Source: a virus
Virus record (IMG/VR): IMGVR_UViG_3300034088_000032
Span: 347 to 64,346 of that record
Strand: one strand, 5' to 3'
DNA: 64,000 bases
Positions 19,929 through 29,218 of the stretch are shown piece by piece. Below the pieces are notes generated by a model. It ran no database searches. It was not told where the DNA came from and saw only the letters and a program-made list of their open reading frames with translations. The first letter of the stretch is position 1. Each line of letters opens with the position of its first letter. Both the position numbers and the translations under genes were made by a program.

Positions 19929-21593
19929 TTATCCGAGGGGTCCGAACGCGCCCGTCGAGAACCCGCCACCGCCCAGTGCACCACCGCGGTCGAGCGGGGT
20001 CGACGCGGTGACCGGCATCGACCCGGACGGGGCTGGCGCCGCCTGCCCCTCGCTGGCCCGCGGAACGGTCAACAGTGCGTAGGCCAGGTACACCGACGCG
20101 TCGAGCCGGCCGGGGGAGTCCTTACTGTCCGCCTGCCAGGTCGCCCACTCCTCTTCGAGTTCCGGCAGGTACGCGGCAGTGCGGATGCGGTCGACTTTCC
20201 ACTGCTGCCCGACCGGGTCGGCACGCAGGCGTTTGTTCTTACGGGCCCGGACGGCTGCAACCATCGGGCACAGGCGGTAGAACGTTGCCTCGTCGCGGTA
20301 CCGCGGGTCGTTCGGGTCGCCGCCGTACTCGTCGAGTTCTTCACGACGGAGCTTGTCCCAGGCGGTACGGATGGTCAGGGTGGCCATGTCGCCGCCGAAG
20401 TTTACCTCGACGATGATCCGGTCGGCGTCGGTCGCGACCGCGAGCCGGCACGCCTTTTCCGCCCATTCGTCGGAGGCCATGACCCCTGACCAGTCGTGGG
20501 TGTAGTAGAGGCGTCCGTCGCTGCCCCGGTAGCCGGCGATGATGCCGGCGACGTCCCGGCCGCCGCCTGACGGGTCGACGGCGACCGCGGCCTTCACCGG
20601 GCTGGTGTCGCATGGCGATGACTCGGCGCCTTCGGCCCAGCATCGCCGTGCACGGAGGGTCGACCGTTCGAGGATCGCACCCTCGGCTGGCTGGGCGTCG
20701 AGTTGGTACAGGGCCGACCAGTCCTGCACGGTCGACGATGACCTCTTGTCCTCCCAGTGGGCGAGGGCCGCGGCAACGTCCCTGACCGGGATCTTCGGGT
20801 GTGGCAGCGGCGCACCGTAGGTGCGACCGAGCGGGTCGCGGTCGGGGTGGGTGCACAGGGCAGGCATGTCGACGACGAGCCACCGGCCGCCGTCTTCGAT
20901 ACGTCCTTGATCGGCGATGACCCGTGCGCCGAGGTCGTCAGGGTGCCAGGGCGTCATGACCATGATGACCGGGGCGCGGGGGGACAACCGGGAGATCACG
21001 TCCGCGGAAAGCCATTTGTATGCCCGGTCCCGGTACCGGAGGTTGTCCGCCTCCTCCCGGGACTTGTGGGGGTCGTCGATGAACGCAATGTCGCCGGGTG
21101 AGCCGGTCACGCCGGAGCCGATACCGACGCTCTTGACACCGCCTCCGGAGACGAGGCGCCAGTCGTCGACACGTTCGGAGCCGCGTTCGAATCGCAGCCC
21201 GTACCGGTGCCCGGATTCTTCGATCATCTTTTTGACGTCGCGGCCCCGGTCGACGGCCAGATCTGAGTTGTACGAGCCGATGATGACCCGGTCGCTCGGG
21301 TGGTTCGCGAGCCACCAGACAGCGGCCCCGACGACGGCCGTGACGGTCTTGCCGGTCTGCGGTGGTACGCGGATCAGCACCCGGTCGACCCGCCGGTCGG
21401 GGTCCATGACCCTGGCCACGGCCGCGGCGATGATCCGCAGGTGGGGGCGGAGCCGGTAGCCGAGCATCACTCGACGCATGAGGGTGGACGGGTCGCCAAG
21501 GGCTGCGATGTCTTCGAGGCGTTCGAGTTCCCTCGCCTGGCTGAGCAGTTCCCGGTCGGTCATGGTCGACAGCGGGCGGAGGGCCCCGGTCAT
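19929..21593 (-). CDS. terL: Terminase large subunit
   Basis: Walker A PPQTGKT, Walker B IDDPHK, MTPWH.DDL, nuclease VDPS, EVNFGG. Confidence 0.95.
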   Translation of the reverse strand: MTGALRPLSTMTDRELLSQARELERLEDIAALGDPSTLMRRVMLGYRLRPHLRIIAAAVARVMDPDRRVDRVLIRVPPQTGKTVTAVVGAAVWWLANHPSDRVIIGSYNSDLAVDRGRDVKKMIEESGHRYGLRFERGSERVDDWRLVSGGGVKSVGIGSGVTGSPGDIAFIDDPHKSREEADNLRYRDRAYKWLSADVISRLSPRAPVIMVMTPWHPDDLGARVIADQGRIEDGGRWLVVDMPALCTHPDRDPLGRTYGAPLPHPKIPVRDVAAALAHWEDKRSSSTVQDWSALYQLDAQPAEGAILERSTLRARRCWAEGAESSPCDTSPVKAAVAVDPSGGGRDVAGIIAGYRGSDGRLYYTHDWSGVMASDEWAEKACRLAVATDADRIIVEVNFGGDMATLTIRTAWDKLRREELDEYGGDPNDPRYRDEATFYRLCPMVAAVRARKNKRLRADPVGQQWKVDRIRTAAYLPELEEEWATWQADSKDSPGRLDASVYLAYALLTVPRASEGQAAPAPSGSMPVTASTPLDRGGALGGGGFSTGAFGPLG

Positions 21594-21633
21594 GGTCTTC
21601 CCCCCTCCCCTGTCGGCGGCCGACCTCCTCCGG

Positions 21634-22194
21634 TTACAGGCCGGCTACGGCGTTGAACTCGGCCCGGTACGGGTCGCGCAGGAGCTCTCCACGGTGCAGC
21701 GTGGTGACCATGGCCGCGGCTGGTCCGGTCGCAGCGCCGCGGAGAGCCATGCAGGTGTGGGTTGATCGGATCGACACCGCAGCACCCGCGGCGTTGAGAC
21801 CGGACATCAGCGCGTCAACGAGCTGGGTACCCAGCGCCTCCTGGAGTTGTGGCCGGCGGGCCAGCTCGTGCAGTGCCCTGGCCACCTTGGAGAGTCCGAC
21901 GACCCGGCCGCCCGGCTTCGGGAGGTAGCCGACGGTGGCGTGGCCCCAGAACGGCAGCATGTGATGCTCGCACAGGCTGACGAACGGGATATCGGTCACG
22001 GTGATCAGCTGTGGATCGTCGCCAACGGGGTCGAATTGGACGGCCAGGTGCTCGGCCGGGTCACCGCCGCGGGTCATCTCGACCAGAGCCCGTACGTACC
22101 GCATGGGGGTACGGGCGTCGCCGGTAACGCCGAGGACTGCGAGCATCGCCGCGTAGTGCGAGGCTGCCTCGTCGAGGTCGCAGGACGTGGACAC
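21634..22194 (-). CDS. folE: GTP cyclohydrolase I
   Basis: TPMR, SLCEHHMLPF, GLSKVAR, PQLQE, HTCMALRG. Confidence 0.95.
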   Translation of the reverse strand: MSTSCDLDEAASHYAAMLAVLGVTGDARTPMRYVRALVEMTRGGDPAEHLAVQFDPVGDDPQLITVTDIPFVSLCEHHMLPFWGHATVGYLPKPGGRVVGLSKVARALHELARRPQLQEALGTQLVDALMSGLNAAGAAVSIRSTHTCMALRGAATGPAAAMVTTLHRGELLRDPYRAEFNAVAGL

Positions 22195-22195
22195 G

Positions 22196-22246
22196 CTACC
22201 GCCCTTTCGCCTGACCTGGCCACAGCAGGACGTGGAGTCGGGTGGT
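22196..22246 (-). pseudogene. queE: C-terminal remnant of QueE
   Basis: TTRLHVLLWPGQAKGR* matches the RLH.L.W..RG end of QueE; sits directly before folE. Confidence 0.65.
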
Positions 22247-22529
22247 AACGGTCCCGGAGTGCGGCCCAGTTGCGGAACGACTTGACGGGGTCGCCGATGA
22301 CGTCGAGGGACGCAACCCAGCACAGGTGATCCCACCAGGTGCGGCACCAGCCTGCGTACGCGTCGAGGGCGATCGTCCCACCCAGCGACCAGGCCGAGAA
22401 CGCCCCGGAATCGCCGATGATCTGCCAGCAGTCTGCACGCACGAGCCTCGCCATGGCCTCGTCTTTGAAGTAGTAGTACGACGCGAGGACGTCGATCGGG
22501 TAGTCGAGTGACACGAACGGGGCGGTCAC
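22247..22529 (-). pseudogene. N-terminal fragment of a DpdA/TGT-like base-exchange enzyme
   Basis: LASYYY, DSGAFSAW, LDAY, LDVIGDP..S..NW; homology stops after ~95 aa. Confidence 0.75.
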
Positions 22530-23155
22530 CCGTGTTCCGACTCCAGTAGCCGGCCGAACGCCTCGTGCTCGTCGAGTCCGGATGCTTCGAGGTACGACTG
22601 CCACGCGGCGCGTACTTCCGGGGGTACGGCAAACCTGATGATGGGCCAGGTGTCGGACGGGTCGGGGTCGCCCAGCTCGTCTGCCAGGTCATCGAGGCTC
22701 GGCGGGGTGTTGGCTCGGATCAGGTCGTCGAGGGCGTCCTGGTCGAACGCGACGATGTCACGGAGGTCATCCGGGACGTCCTCGAGGAGCTTGCTCAGCC
22801 CGACGTGGTCCCAGCCGGCGACGCTGGGATGGTGGTTGTCGATCACGAGGACGGCTTTCGCCTGCGCGTCGGAGCGCGAGGACCAGCCGACCTGTACCGG
22901 GGCCAACCATCGGCCCTCGGCGTCGACGAGGATGCCGTCGGGCGGTGTCTCGCCCTTGTCCAGCCGGTCACGGAGGTTGTGCAGCCGGCCGTGCCCGGCC
23001 ACGAGCCGGCCCGTACGGTCGTCGCGGATCATCGAGTCGAACAGGCCGAACTCGTCGATGCTGGTGCCGATGCGCCGGTCGTCGTGCAGCTTGGGGTTGA
23101 ACTCGGCTTCGACGATCTCGGAGACTGGCACGTACTCGATTTTCAGCTCGGGCAT
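22526..23155 (-). CDS. ParB-like nuclease domain protein
   Basis: NPKLHD, SI.EFG, LVAGHGRL, DN....GWD. Confidence 0.85.
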   Translation of the reverse strand: MPELKIEYVPVSEIVEAEFNPKLHDDRRIGTSIDEFGLFDSMIRDDRTGRLVAGHGRLHNLRDRLDKGETPPDGILVDAEGRWLAPVQVGWSSRSDAQAKAVLVIDNHHPSVAGWDHVGLSKLLEDVPDDLRDIVAFDQDALDDLIRANTPPSLDDLADELGDPDPSDTWPIIRFAVPPEVRAAWQSYLEASGLDEHEAFGRLLESEHG

Positions 23156-23236
23156 CGGTACGTCCCTTTCGTTGTCGTGGCTGTTCCCGGATGGCGTCGG
23201 GGAACGCCTCAGGCGTTCCCCATGCTGCACCGCTGG

Positions 23237-23740
23237 TCAGGTGGCGGGCCCTTGCTCGTGACGGTCGTACGGCGGTTGTGGTGGTCCGGCCTCGTCGCTG
23301 TGATCGTTGACGGTGGGCTGTCCGTACCCGCCGTTGTACGGTGGCCAGCTCTGCGGGGCAGCGGTCGGCGGCGGCCAGGCGGCGGTGGGGGCGGGGGCGA
23401 TACCGGTCACCCTGCCGTACGTGTCGAGTGGGAGGGGCATGGAGGCGCCGCCGGCCGGTCCCGATGTCGGGGCCGTTCCGGTGACCGTCTGCTGTCGGGG
23501 CGGGCTGCTCACGGGGTGCTTGGCGCGCGAGAGCCACGCGTACGCTCCGGCGAACAGCGCCCATCCGGTCACGACGAGTGACAGCAGGTCTCGCTGCTGC
23601 GCGTCAGACAGGGGCACTCCGAAGTCGACCAGGACGGTCAGGAAAACGCCGCAGAACGCGGCGATCAGGTGCCCGATCATCTGGCCGTCGTTGCCTGGCC
23701 CGCCGTTCTGGGGCGGGGTCGGTGAAGTGTTGGTACTCAC
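23237..23740 (-). CDS. Holin-like membrane protein with Pro-rich tail
   Basis: Two TM helices around FGVPLSDAQQ; near the endolysin. Confidence 0.6.
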   Translation of the reverse strand: MSTNTSPTPPQNGGPGNDGQMIGHLIAAFCGVFLTVLVDFGVPLSDAQQRDLLSLVVTGWALFAGAYAWLSRAKHPVSSPPRQQTVTGTAPTSGPAGGASMPLPLDTYGRVTGIAPAPTAAWPPPTAAPQSWPPYNGGYGQPTVNDHSDEAGPPQPPYDRHEQGPAT

Positions 23741-23821
23741 GATGTCTCCCGGCTGCCCAGCGCGGTCGGACCGTCGTCACGACACTCCCAACGGTACCGG
23801 GTGTGATCATGACTGGTTCGG

Positions 23822-24412
23822 TCAGTCGTCATCATCATCGCTCGCGGTACCGGCGCGGCGGGCAAGCTCCGCGGCGATCTCGGCGAGTCGGGCCCTTCGC
23901 TCCTCACCGCTCAGGTTGGTCAGGTCCTCGGTCTGTACTGGTCCGCCGGTCGGGCCGGTGACGGCAACGTGCTCCTTCGGCAGGGCGAGGGTGGTGCGTT
24001 CAAGGTCGGTCGCGAGCTTGACCAGGCGCACGACGTCGCCTGCGTCAAGGAGGTGGGTCGGAATCTGCTTGAGCGCTGAAATCGCGGTCGAGAGCAGAGC
24101 ACCAGCGACCTTGCGGTGGCGTTCGACCATGTCGCGACGGTCGGTGATGAGCTGTTGCCGTTGGGTGTTGTCCTGGTCGAGGTCGTACGCTTCGGCGCGT
24201 TCGGTCCACCGTCGTTCCCAGGCGATCTGCTGGAGGGTACGGTGCGCAACGGTGTCGCCCTTGCTGTTCAGTGCTCGTACGCACATCTTCAGCGTTCGTA
24301 CGCGGCCGAGGTCGAGGTATACGGTCAGCCGGCCGAACTGGCGGGCGGTTTCGCCTGGTTGACGCTCCCAGGGGTCTAAGGTCGCGTCGAGGGTGATGGG
24401 GCCTCTGGTCAT
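23822..24412 (-). CDS. terS: Terminase small subunit
   Basis: PWERQPGET, YLDLG..RT, W.ERAEAYD, VTGP.GGPV. Confidence 0.75.
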   Translation of the reverse strand: MTRGPITLDATLDPWERQPGETARQFGRLTVYLDLGRVRTLKMCVRALNSKGDTVAHRTLQQIAWERRWTERAEAYDLDQDNTQRQQLITDRRDMVERHRKVAGALLSTAISALKQIPTHLLDAGDVVRLVKLATDLERTTLALPKEHVAVTGPTGGPVQTEDLTNLSGEERRARLAEIAAELARRAGTASDDDDD

Positions 24413-24456
24413 GGGCGGGTGATGGTCTCTCGCGTGGCTGGTCTACGGGTGCGGGG

Positions 24457-25317
24457 TCAGTCGCCGGCGGACTGCGCGGCGGTCAGGCCGGCGACGAGGT
24501 TTCGCAGGTCGGCGACGGTCGAGTTCGTGTCTCGGATCGCGTCGGCGAGTTCGCCGGTGAGGCGGACGGCCTGGCCGATGTCGTAGCCGTAGTGGTCGAG
24601 GTCGTTTTCCGGGCGGATCTTTCCGTTGTCTGCGAGGCCGCCGAGGGCCCTGGTCTTCGCCAGTGCGGTCTCGTTCGGGATGTGGTAGCGGGTGATTCCG
24701 TTGGCGCGCCAGACTTCGGGGTGGCCGGGTCGTTGGATCAGGATGTCGGGCATCGGTTGGTCTCCCATGAATGCTGATACGCGGGCGAGCAGGATGTCCC
24801 AGGGGAAGTCTGGGCCGGGGTCGGTGTGGTCGCCTTCGCCGAATGCGGCAGTGATGTCGTCGTGGCCGGCGAAGCCGTATGCGCCGGCTCTGAGTTGGTC
24901 GGCGCGGAGCCTGCGGGTGGGTATGACGTACTTGCTGGCGTCGCGGGCCATCTGGCGTGCGGCGATGGTGATCGTGGCGTCCGAGGCGGGGTCGAGCCAC
25001 TGTTCTCGGGTCTGTCTGGTGCCGCAGAGTTCGTAGTGGATGCCGATGTGGTTCCCGGTTGGGTAGGCGGTGTGCGCCATGTCCGTGGTGCGTACGCACT
25101 GGACGATGGAGTTCTGGTCGGCGTAGTAGTGCGCGCTGGTCTGGTCGGTCCGGCGCTGGTCGTAGGCTGCACCGTCTTCGGCTGAGGACGGGCCTTCGGA
25201 GCCGGCGGTGTGGTGGGCGACGATCACGCGGGGGACGTTCGCCCAGTTGCCTCGTCCCTGGGTGTATGACCGGGGTGGCGTCCATGGCAGGTCTGGGTAT
25301 TCGGGCGATTGTGTCAT
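24457..25317 (-). CDS. N-acetylmuramoyl-L-alanine amidase (endolysin)
   Basis: IVAHHT, SAHYY, AHTA, N.IGI.YELCG, GH.D, HTDPGPDFPW. Confidence 0.92.
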   Translation of the reverse strand: MTQSPEYPDLPWTPPRSYTQGRGNWANVPRVIVAHHTAGSEGPSSAEDGAAYDQRRTDQTSAHYYADQNSIVQCVRTTDMAHTAYPTGNHIGIHYELCGTRQTREQWLDPASDATITIAARQMARDASKYVIPTRRLRADQLRAGAYGFAGHDDITAAFGEGDHTDPGPDFPWDILLARVSAFMGDQPMPDILIQRPGHPEVWRANGITRYHIPNETALAKTRALGGLADNGKIRPENDLDHYGYDIGQAVRLTGELADAIRDTNSTVADLRNLVAGLTAAQSAGD

Positions 25318-25535
25318 GGTGTGTCCGTCATGTGGTGTCCCTCCGGTTGTTTGATCATCGTAGCTTCGAGGATCACGGCGTCTGGTTTGTTCGGTCCGCC
25401 GGTCGGTTGGCGTTGATCGTCCGTGTGGTTCGCTTCCGTGTGGTGGGTGGGTGCCTATCATTGGCGTGGGGTGAGGCCCGCTGGTGCGGGTGATGGTAGG
25501 TGCGCCGAGTGGTGTCGACGGATACCCTGGCGCAT

Positions 25536-25650
25536 GAGGACCCCGGTCGTGGTTGACGTGACGCGACCGGGGTCCTTCGCCGTGTGCGCCTGGTGTTGGT
25601 GCGCGGCTGGTGGATGCGGCAGGGCGCCCGTCGTGGTGACGGGCGCCCTG
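25536..25650. terminator. Two hairpins downstream of the LPXTG gene
   Basis: CAGGGCGCCCGTC..GACGGGCGCCCTG and AGGACCCCGGTCG..CGACCGGGGTCCT. Confidence 0.6.
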
Positions 25651-25693
25651 TGGTGGCTGGTCGGCGGGTCCTACGGGGACCGGTCGGGGTCGG

Positions 25694-26509
25694 TCAGGCG
25701 GTGAACCTGACTCGTCGCCGCCGTGCGGCAACGAAACCGAGCGTGCCGACGACCAGCAGCACGACACCGGTGCCGATCACGACGGGCATGTTCGCGCCGG
25801 TCACGGGCAGCGTTTCGTCGCCGCCGGCACCGCCTTTCGCGGCGCCGCCTGCACCGGGCTGGACGACAACCTCAGTGGTGGTGATCGTCGGGGCCGGGGT
25901 CGTGCACCCGGTCTTCGCCTCGTACTTGTAGTACGTGTGGATCGTGTCGGGGAACAGCTTGCCCTTGACGTAGATCGTGAAGTCGGCGAACGCCGTGAAC
26001 GTGACCTGAGCGCCCTTGGCGATGGTCGTGGTCATCTCGGTCGTCCGGCTGCCGACTTTCAGCGGCTCGACGCCGTCGATGTCAGGGTTGCGCACGATGA
26101 CGCGAAGCGCCTGGTTCTCGCACGTCGGGTTCACGACCTCGAACGTCGGCTTGCACTTGCCGGGCAACGTCCATGGTGTCGAGGGCGGCTGGGCGTCAAC
26201 GAACGTGGTCCCCTGCTTCCATTGGAGCGTGAGGGCCTTGCCCGCGCTGGGGATGGTGACGGTCTTCGGTGACGTCGCCTTCGTCACGGAGCCGGTCGCG
26301 GCCGGGGCGGTCACGCCGGCGATGACGATCTGGAAGTCGACGGCCTCGTCGCCCGCGGTACTCACCGCGGCCGTGACCTGGTTCGTCTTGCAGCCGTTGT
26401 CGAACGTGGCGGACGGCTTCACGCGGGCGTCTGCCTGCGCGGGAGTTCCGATCACGAGTGCGGCGAGTACGCCTGCGCCAAGCGCGGCGAGGAACTTGCG
26501 AGTCCTCAT
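25694..26509 (-). CDS. Sortase-anchored LPXTG surface protein
   Basis: Signal peptide ending PAQA; LPVTG plus TM helix plus RRRR tail; Lys/Thr-rich. Confidence 0.9.
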   Translation of the reverse strand: MRTRKFLAALGAGVLAALVIGTPAQADARVKPSATFDNGCKTNQVTAAVSTAGDEAVDFQIVIAGVTAPAATGSVTKATSPKTVTIPSAGKALTLQWKQGTTFVDAQPPSTPWTLPGKCKPTFEVVNPTCENQALRVIVRNPDIDGVEPLKVGSRTTEMTTTIAKGAQVTFTAFADFTIYVKGKLFPDTIHTYYKYEAKTGCTTPAPTITTTEVVVQPGAGGAAKGGAGGDETLPVTGANMPVVIGTGVVLLVVGTLGFVAARRRRVRFTA

Positions 26510-26729
26510 CGGTTCCTTCTCGGTCGGGGGGCCTGTCCTGGTTGTTCCGGTGGACGGTGGCCCCGGTACGGGGTATGGGGGTCGATTCTTGCTCGTACTG
26601 GTCGACGCCAGTCGTCGGGGTGTTGGTCAGACGAACGGCCGTTACCTCGTGGAGGGTAACGGCCGTGATCGTCGTTGGTTACGGTTGTGGTGCGACCGTT
26701 GGCGAAATATGATGCTTCGGCGCTATTTG

Positions 26730-26909
26730 CTACTCGTAGTCGGACAGGCCTTCCCACCAGGGGCGTTGTCCGTCGGGGGTGCCGTTGTGGTAGCTGGCGG
26801 TGTCTTCCTGGTCGGGGTCGGTCAACTGGGCGGTGTTGTCCTCGTCGCCCGCGCCGTCCGTCGCCGTGGTGGCGGTGTCTGCGCGGTGTCGCCAGGGGAG
26901 GAGGTTCAT
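26730..26909 (-). CDS. 59-aa acidic peptide (paralog of 62389-62574)
   Basis: MNLLPWRHRADTATTATDGAGDEDNTAQLTDPDQEDTASYHNGTPDGQRPWWEGLSDYE; read manually, below the ORF-track cutoff. Confidence 0.65.
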   Translation of the reverse strand: MNLLPWRHRADTATTATDGAGDEDNTAQLTDPDQEDTASYHNGTPDGQRPWWEGLSDYE

Positions 26910-26950
26910 CGCTGGTCCTCGCGCTGGTCTGGTGTCATCGCCACATAGAC

Positions 26951-26980
26951 ACTGTAACCAGTCCAGACCGTCAGACTCAA
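26951..26980 (-). promoter_or_regulatory. Class A leaderless promoter
   Basis: TTGAGT-18-TACAGT-6-GTG (12-aa uORF coupled to 26909). Confidence 0.65.
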
Positions 26981-27049
26981 TACGTTACAGTCGCTCGTTC
27001 GGGTGACACGGCGCGGCCCCGCGGCTGGTATGCAGCGGGGCCGTCCGGG

Positions 27050-27631
27050 TCAGCGTGAGGTCTGTCCAGGCGAGACGATGCCGATGTACATCGAGTCGAC
27101 CATGGCCTCCAACCAGGTGTACCCGTCGGTGTGGGCGCGGAACGTTTCGGTGATCACCCGGCCGGCGGCTCGGGCCTGGTCGCTGATCGACCGGTCGGCG
27201 CCGTTGGCCCACCGGTCGGGGTTCGTCAGGTCGACGACGACGCCCTGCGTATGCGTCGAGTCTTTCCGCACCGAGAGCCGGACGGGCGCGGGCAGGACCA
27301 GTGCGCCGACGGCGCGGGCCGCGCGGAGATCCTCGCGGACGAGCCGGGCGACCGTGACCGCGCCGCGGTAGTCGCGGGGGGCTTCACACCATTCGCTCGT
27401 CCGGGTGATGGTCGCGACCAAGCGCTCCTGGTTGCCCTTGGTGATGTGGCCGCGGTACATCTCGACGCGGTGGCCGTCGCGGGCGAGGTCGATGCCGTGG
27501 CGTCGCGCGGCTGCCTGGGTGGCGTGGTAGGTGGTCAGCATGTGGGGGAGCTTGCCGACGCACTCGTCGCAGTAGCAGCTCATGATGGTGGTGTAAGGGG
27601 TGCTGGTGACCGGTGGTGTTGTCGCCGTCAT
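27050..27631 (-). CDS. Hypothetical protein, leaderless
   Basis: TGGACT-18-TACAGT-6-ATG. Confidence 0.7.
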   Translation of the reverse strand: MTATTPPVTSTPYTTIMSCYCDECVGKLPHMLTTYHATQAAARRHGIDLARDGHRVEMYRGHITKGNQERLVATITRTSEWCEAPRDYRGAVTVARLVREDLRAARAVGALVLPAPVRLSVRKDSTHTQGVVVDLTNPDRWANGADRSISDQARAAGRVITETFRAHTDGYTWLEAMVDSMYIGIVSPGQTSR

Positions 27632-27671
27632 GATGTCACTGTAACGTGTGCGAACCGTTGGAGTCCAGGGA

Positions 27672-27848
27672 CTACGGCCGGTAGAGGACGAGGGCTGCAC
27701 CGACGACCACGGCGGACAACCCGCCGAGGGCGACCAGTGCGCAACGGGCCGGGTCTGCCCCGACGCCCAGGAATACCGTGGAGATCAGGCAGGCACCGAG
27801 GCCGAGGCAGAACAGCACCACGCCGGCCTGTTCGCGGAGATAGAGCAC
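27672..27848 (-). CDS. 58-aa two-TM membrane protein
   Basis: GAGGAG RBS; MLYLREQAGVVLFCLGLG... Confidence 0.6.
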   Translation of the reverse strand: MLYLREQAGVVLFCLGLGACLISTVFLGVGADPARCALVALGGLSAVVVGAALVLYRP

Positions 27849-27917
27849 AGGTGGTCTCCTCTTGAGCCGTGGATGCCCCGACCAGAGGGTGCCGGTCGGG
27901 GCGTGGTGGGCAGGGGG

Positions 27918-28373
27918 TCAGGCCGGTGGCATCACGTAGTCGAGGTACCCGCCGTCAGCGGTGAAGTAGGCGCTGCCCGCGACTTCCCACGCGGCGGCGA
28001 TGCCGTCACAGACGTCGGTGAGGGTCGCCTCCCAGTCCACGCCGGTCGGGCTGGCGGGGGCGTGCTCGAAGTCCTCGACGGCGTCGGGGTCTGCGATGAC
28101 GACACCGTCGGGGTCGCTGATGTCGTAGATCTCGCACGCATCGACGTGGAAGGTCAACCTTCCGGCGGCCGGGTAGTGCTGGCGGATGCGGTGGGTGACG
28201 ATCGCCATCTGGATGTCCGCGTACCGGTACGCGGCCTTCATGTGTGCTTCGGTCGCGGCGGTCAGAAGGGCGTCACGGCCGGCCTCGTCGGCGGAGACAT
28301 AGGTGTCGTATGTGTCGCTGCGGCTCGGGTTGCAGGTGAGGCAGGAGGCTGCCTCGTGGTTGGTCGTCGCCAT
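27918..28373 (-). CDS. Hypothetical protein, leaderless
   Basis: TGAACA-18-TACAGT-6-ATG. Confidence 0.7.
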   Translation of the reverse strand: MATTNHEAASCLTCNPSRSDTYDTYVSADEAGRDALLTAATEAHMKAAYRYADIQMAIVTHRIRQHYPAAGRLTFHVDACEIYDISDPDGVVIADPDAVEDFEHAPASPTGVDWEATLTDVCDGIAAAWEVAGSAYFTADGGYLDYVMPPA

Positions 28374-28513
28374 GTTGTCACTGTACCAGGTTCGTACCAA
28401 TGGTGTTCATCAGTGTCTCCGTGGCCGGTGTGTTGTCGGAGCTCCCGAACTGGGCGACGGATCGGACAGAACAACCCCCGGACGCAGGTCCGGGGGTAGT
28501 CTCGGTGAGGAGG

Positions 28514-29077
28514 TCAGTCGCGACCGGCGCTGCCGGGCATGAGCGTCATCGTCAGCCATCCGTCGATGCCGTTGCACCGGGTGGCACTCAGGCCGAGCCG
28601 CATGAACGCGTCGATCAGGCGCCGCTTGAGGGTGACCGCACGAACCTCGCCGGTGCGTCGGTCCTGAAGTCTGATCGTCAGCCAGCTGACGTCACCGTAC
28701 GTGCGGGTGATCGTGCCGTTGTCGATCAACGCGTACTCGGTGTCGTCGTCGGTGCCGTTGTCGCGCCAGGTGAGGGTGGCGAGGTAACGGTCGCTGGTGT
28801 CACCGTAGCCGGGGTCGTAGCGGACGACCTCGTCGTACGGGTCGCGGATGACCCGGCCGCCGCTGGTGATCCTGGGGGCGGTCTCGACACCGGCCTCGAT
28901 GGTCTCGACGACGGTCTCGACGACGGTCTCGACACGCTCGTGGTGGCAGTAGGTGTCGCAGTGTCCGGCGGAGATCATCGGCTCGTTGCAGCAGACCGAG
29001 TACCCGTCAACGCCGCGGTCGGTGCTTCCGCAGAACTGGCAGTGGTCGGGCTGGTCGAGAAAGTCTGTCGTCGTCAT
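28514..29077 (-). CDS. Hypothetical protein with Cys-rich N-terminus, leaderless
   Basis: TAGACA-18-TACACT-6-ATG; VETV repeats. Confidence 0.7.
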   Translation of the reverse strand: MTTTDFLDQPDHCQFCGSTDRGVDGYSVCCNEPMISAGHCDTYCHHERVETVVETVVETIEAGVETAPRITSGGRVIRDPYDEVVRYDPGYGDTSDRYLATLTWRDNGTDDDTEYALIDNGTITRTYGDVSWLTIRLQDRRTGEVRAVTLKRRLIDAFMRLGLSATRCNGIDGWLTMTLMPGSAGRD

Positions 29078-29218
29078 GTGAATAGTGTAACCCCTACCGC
29101 CTGCCGGTGTCTAGGCGTTGCAGCACGTGGAGTTAGCGCCCTGACGCGCAGCGACCCGGACACCCATGAAGGTGACCGGGCCGCGCGATGATGAGCAGAC
29201 TATCTTGGTTTGAACTGG

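Noticed and set aside
21634-22692. 352-aa FolE with N-terminal extension
   Set aside because: The extension overlaps the dpdA fragment and parB in another frame; the real start is GTG 22194
26730-26909. Micropeptides as RiPP precursors
   Set aside because: No adjacent maturation enzymes; DUF5131 is distant and is a common phage gene
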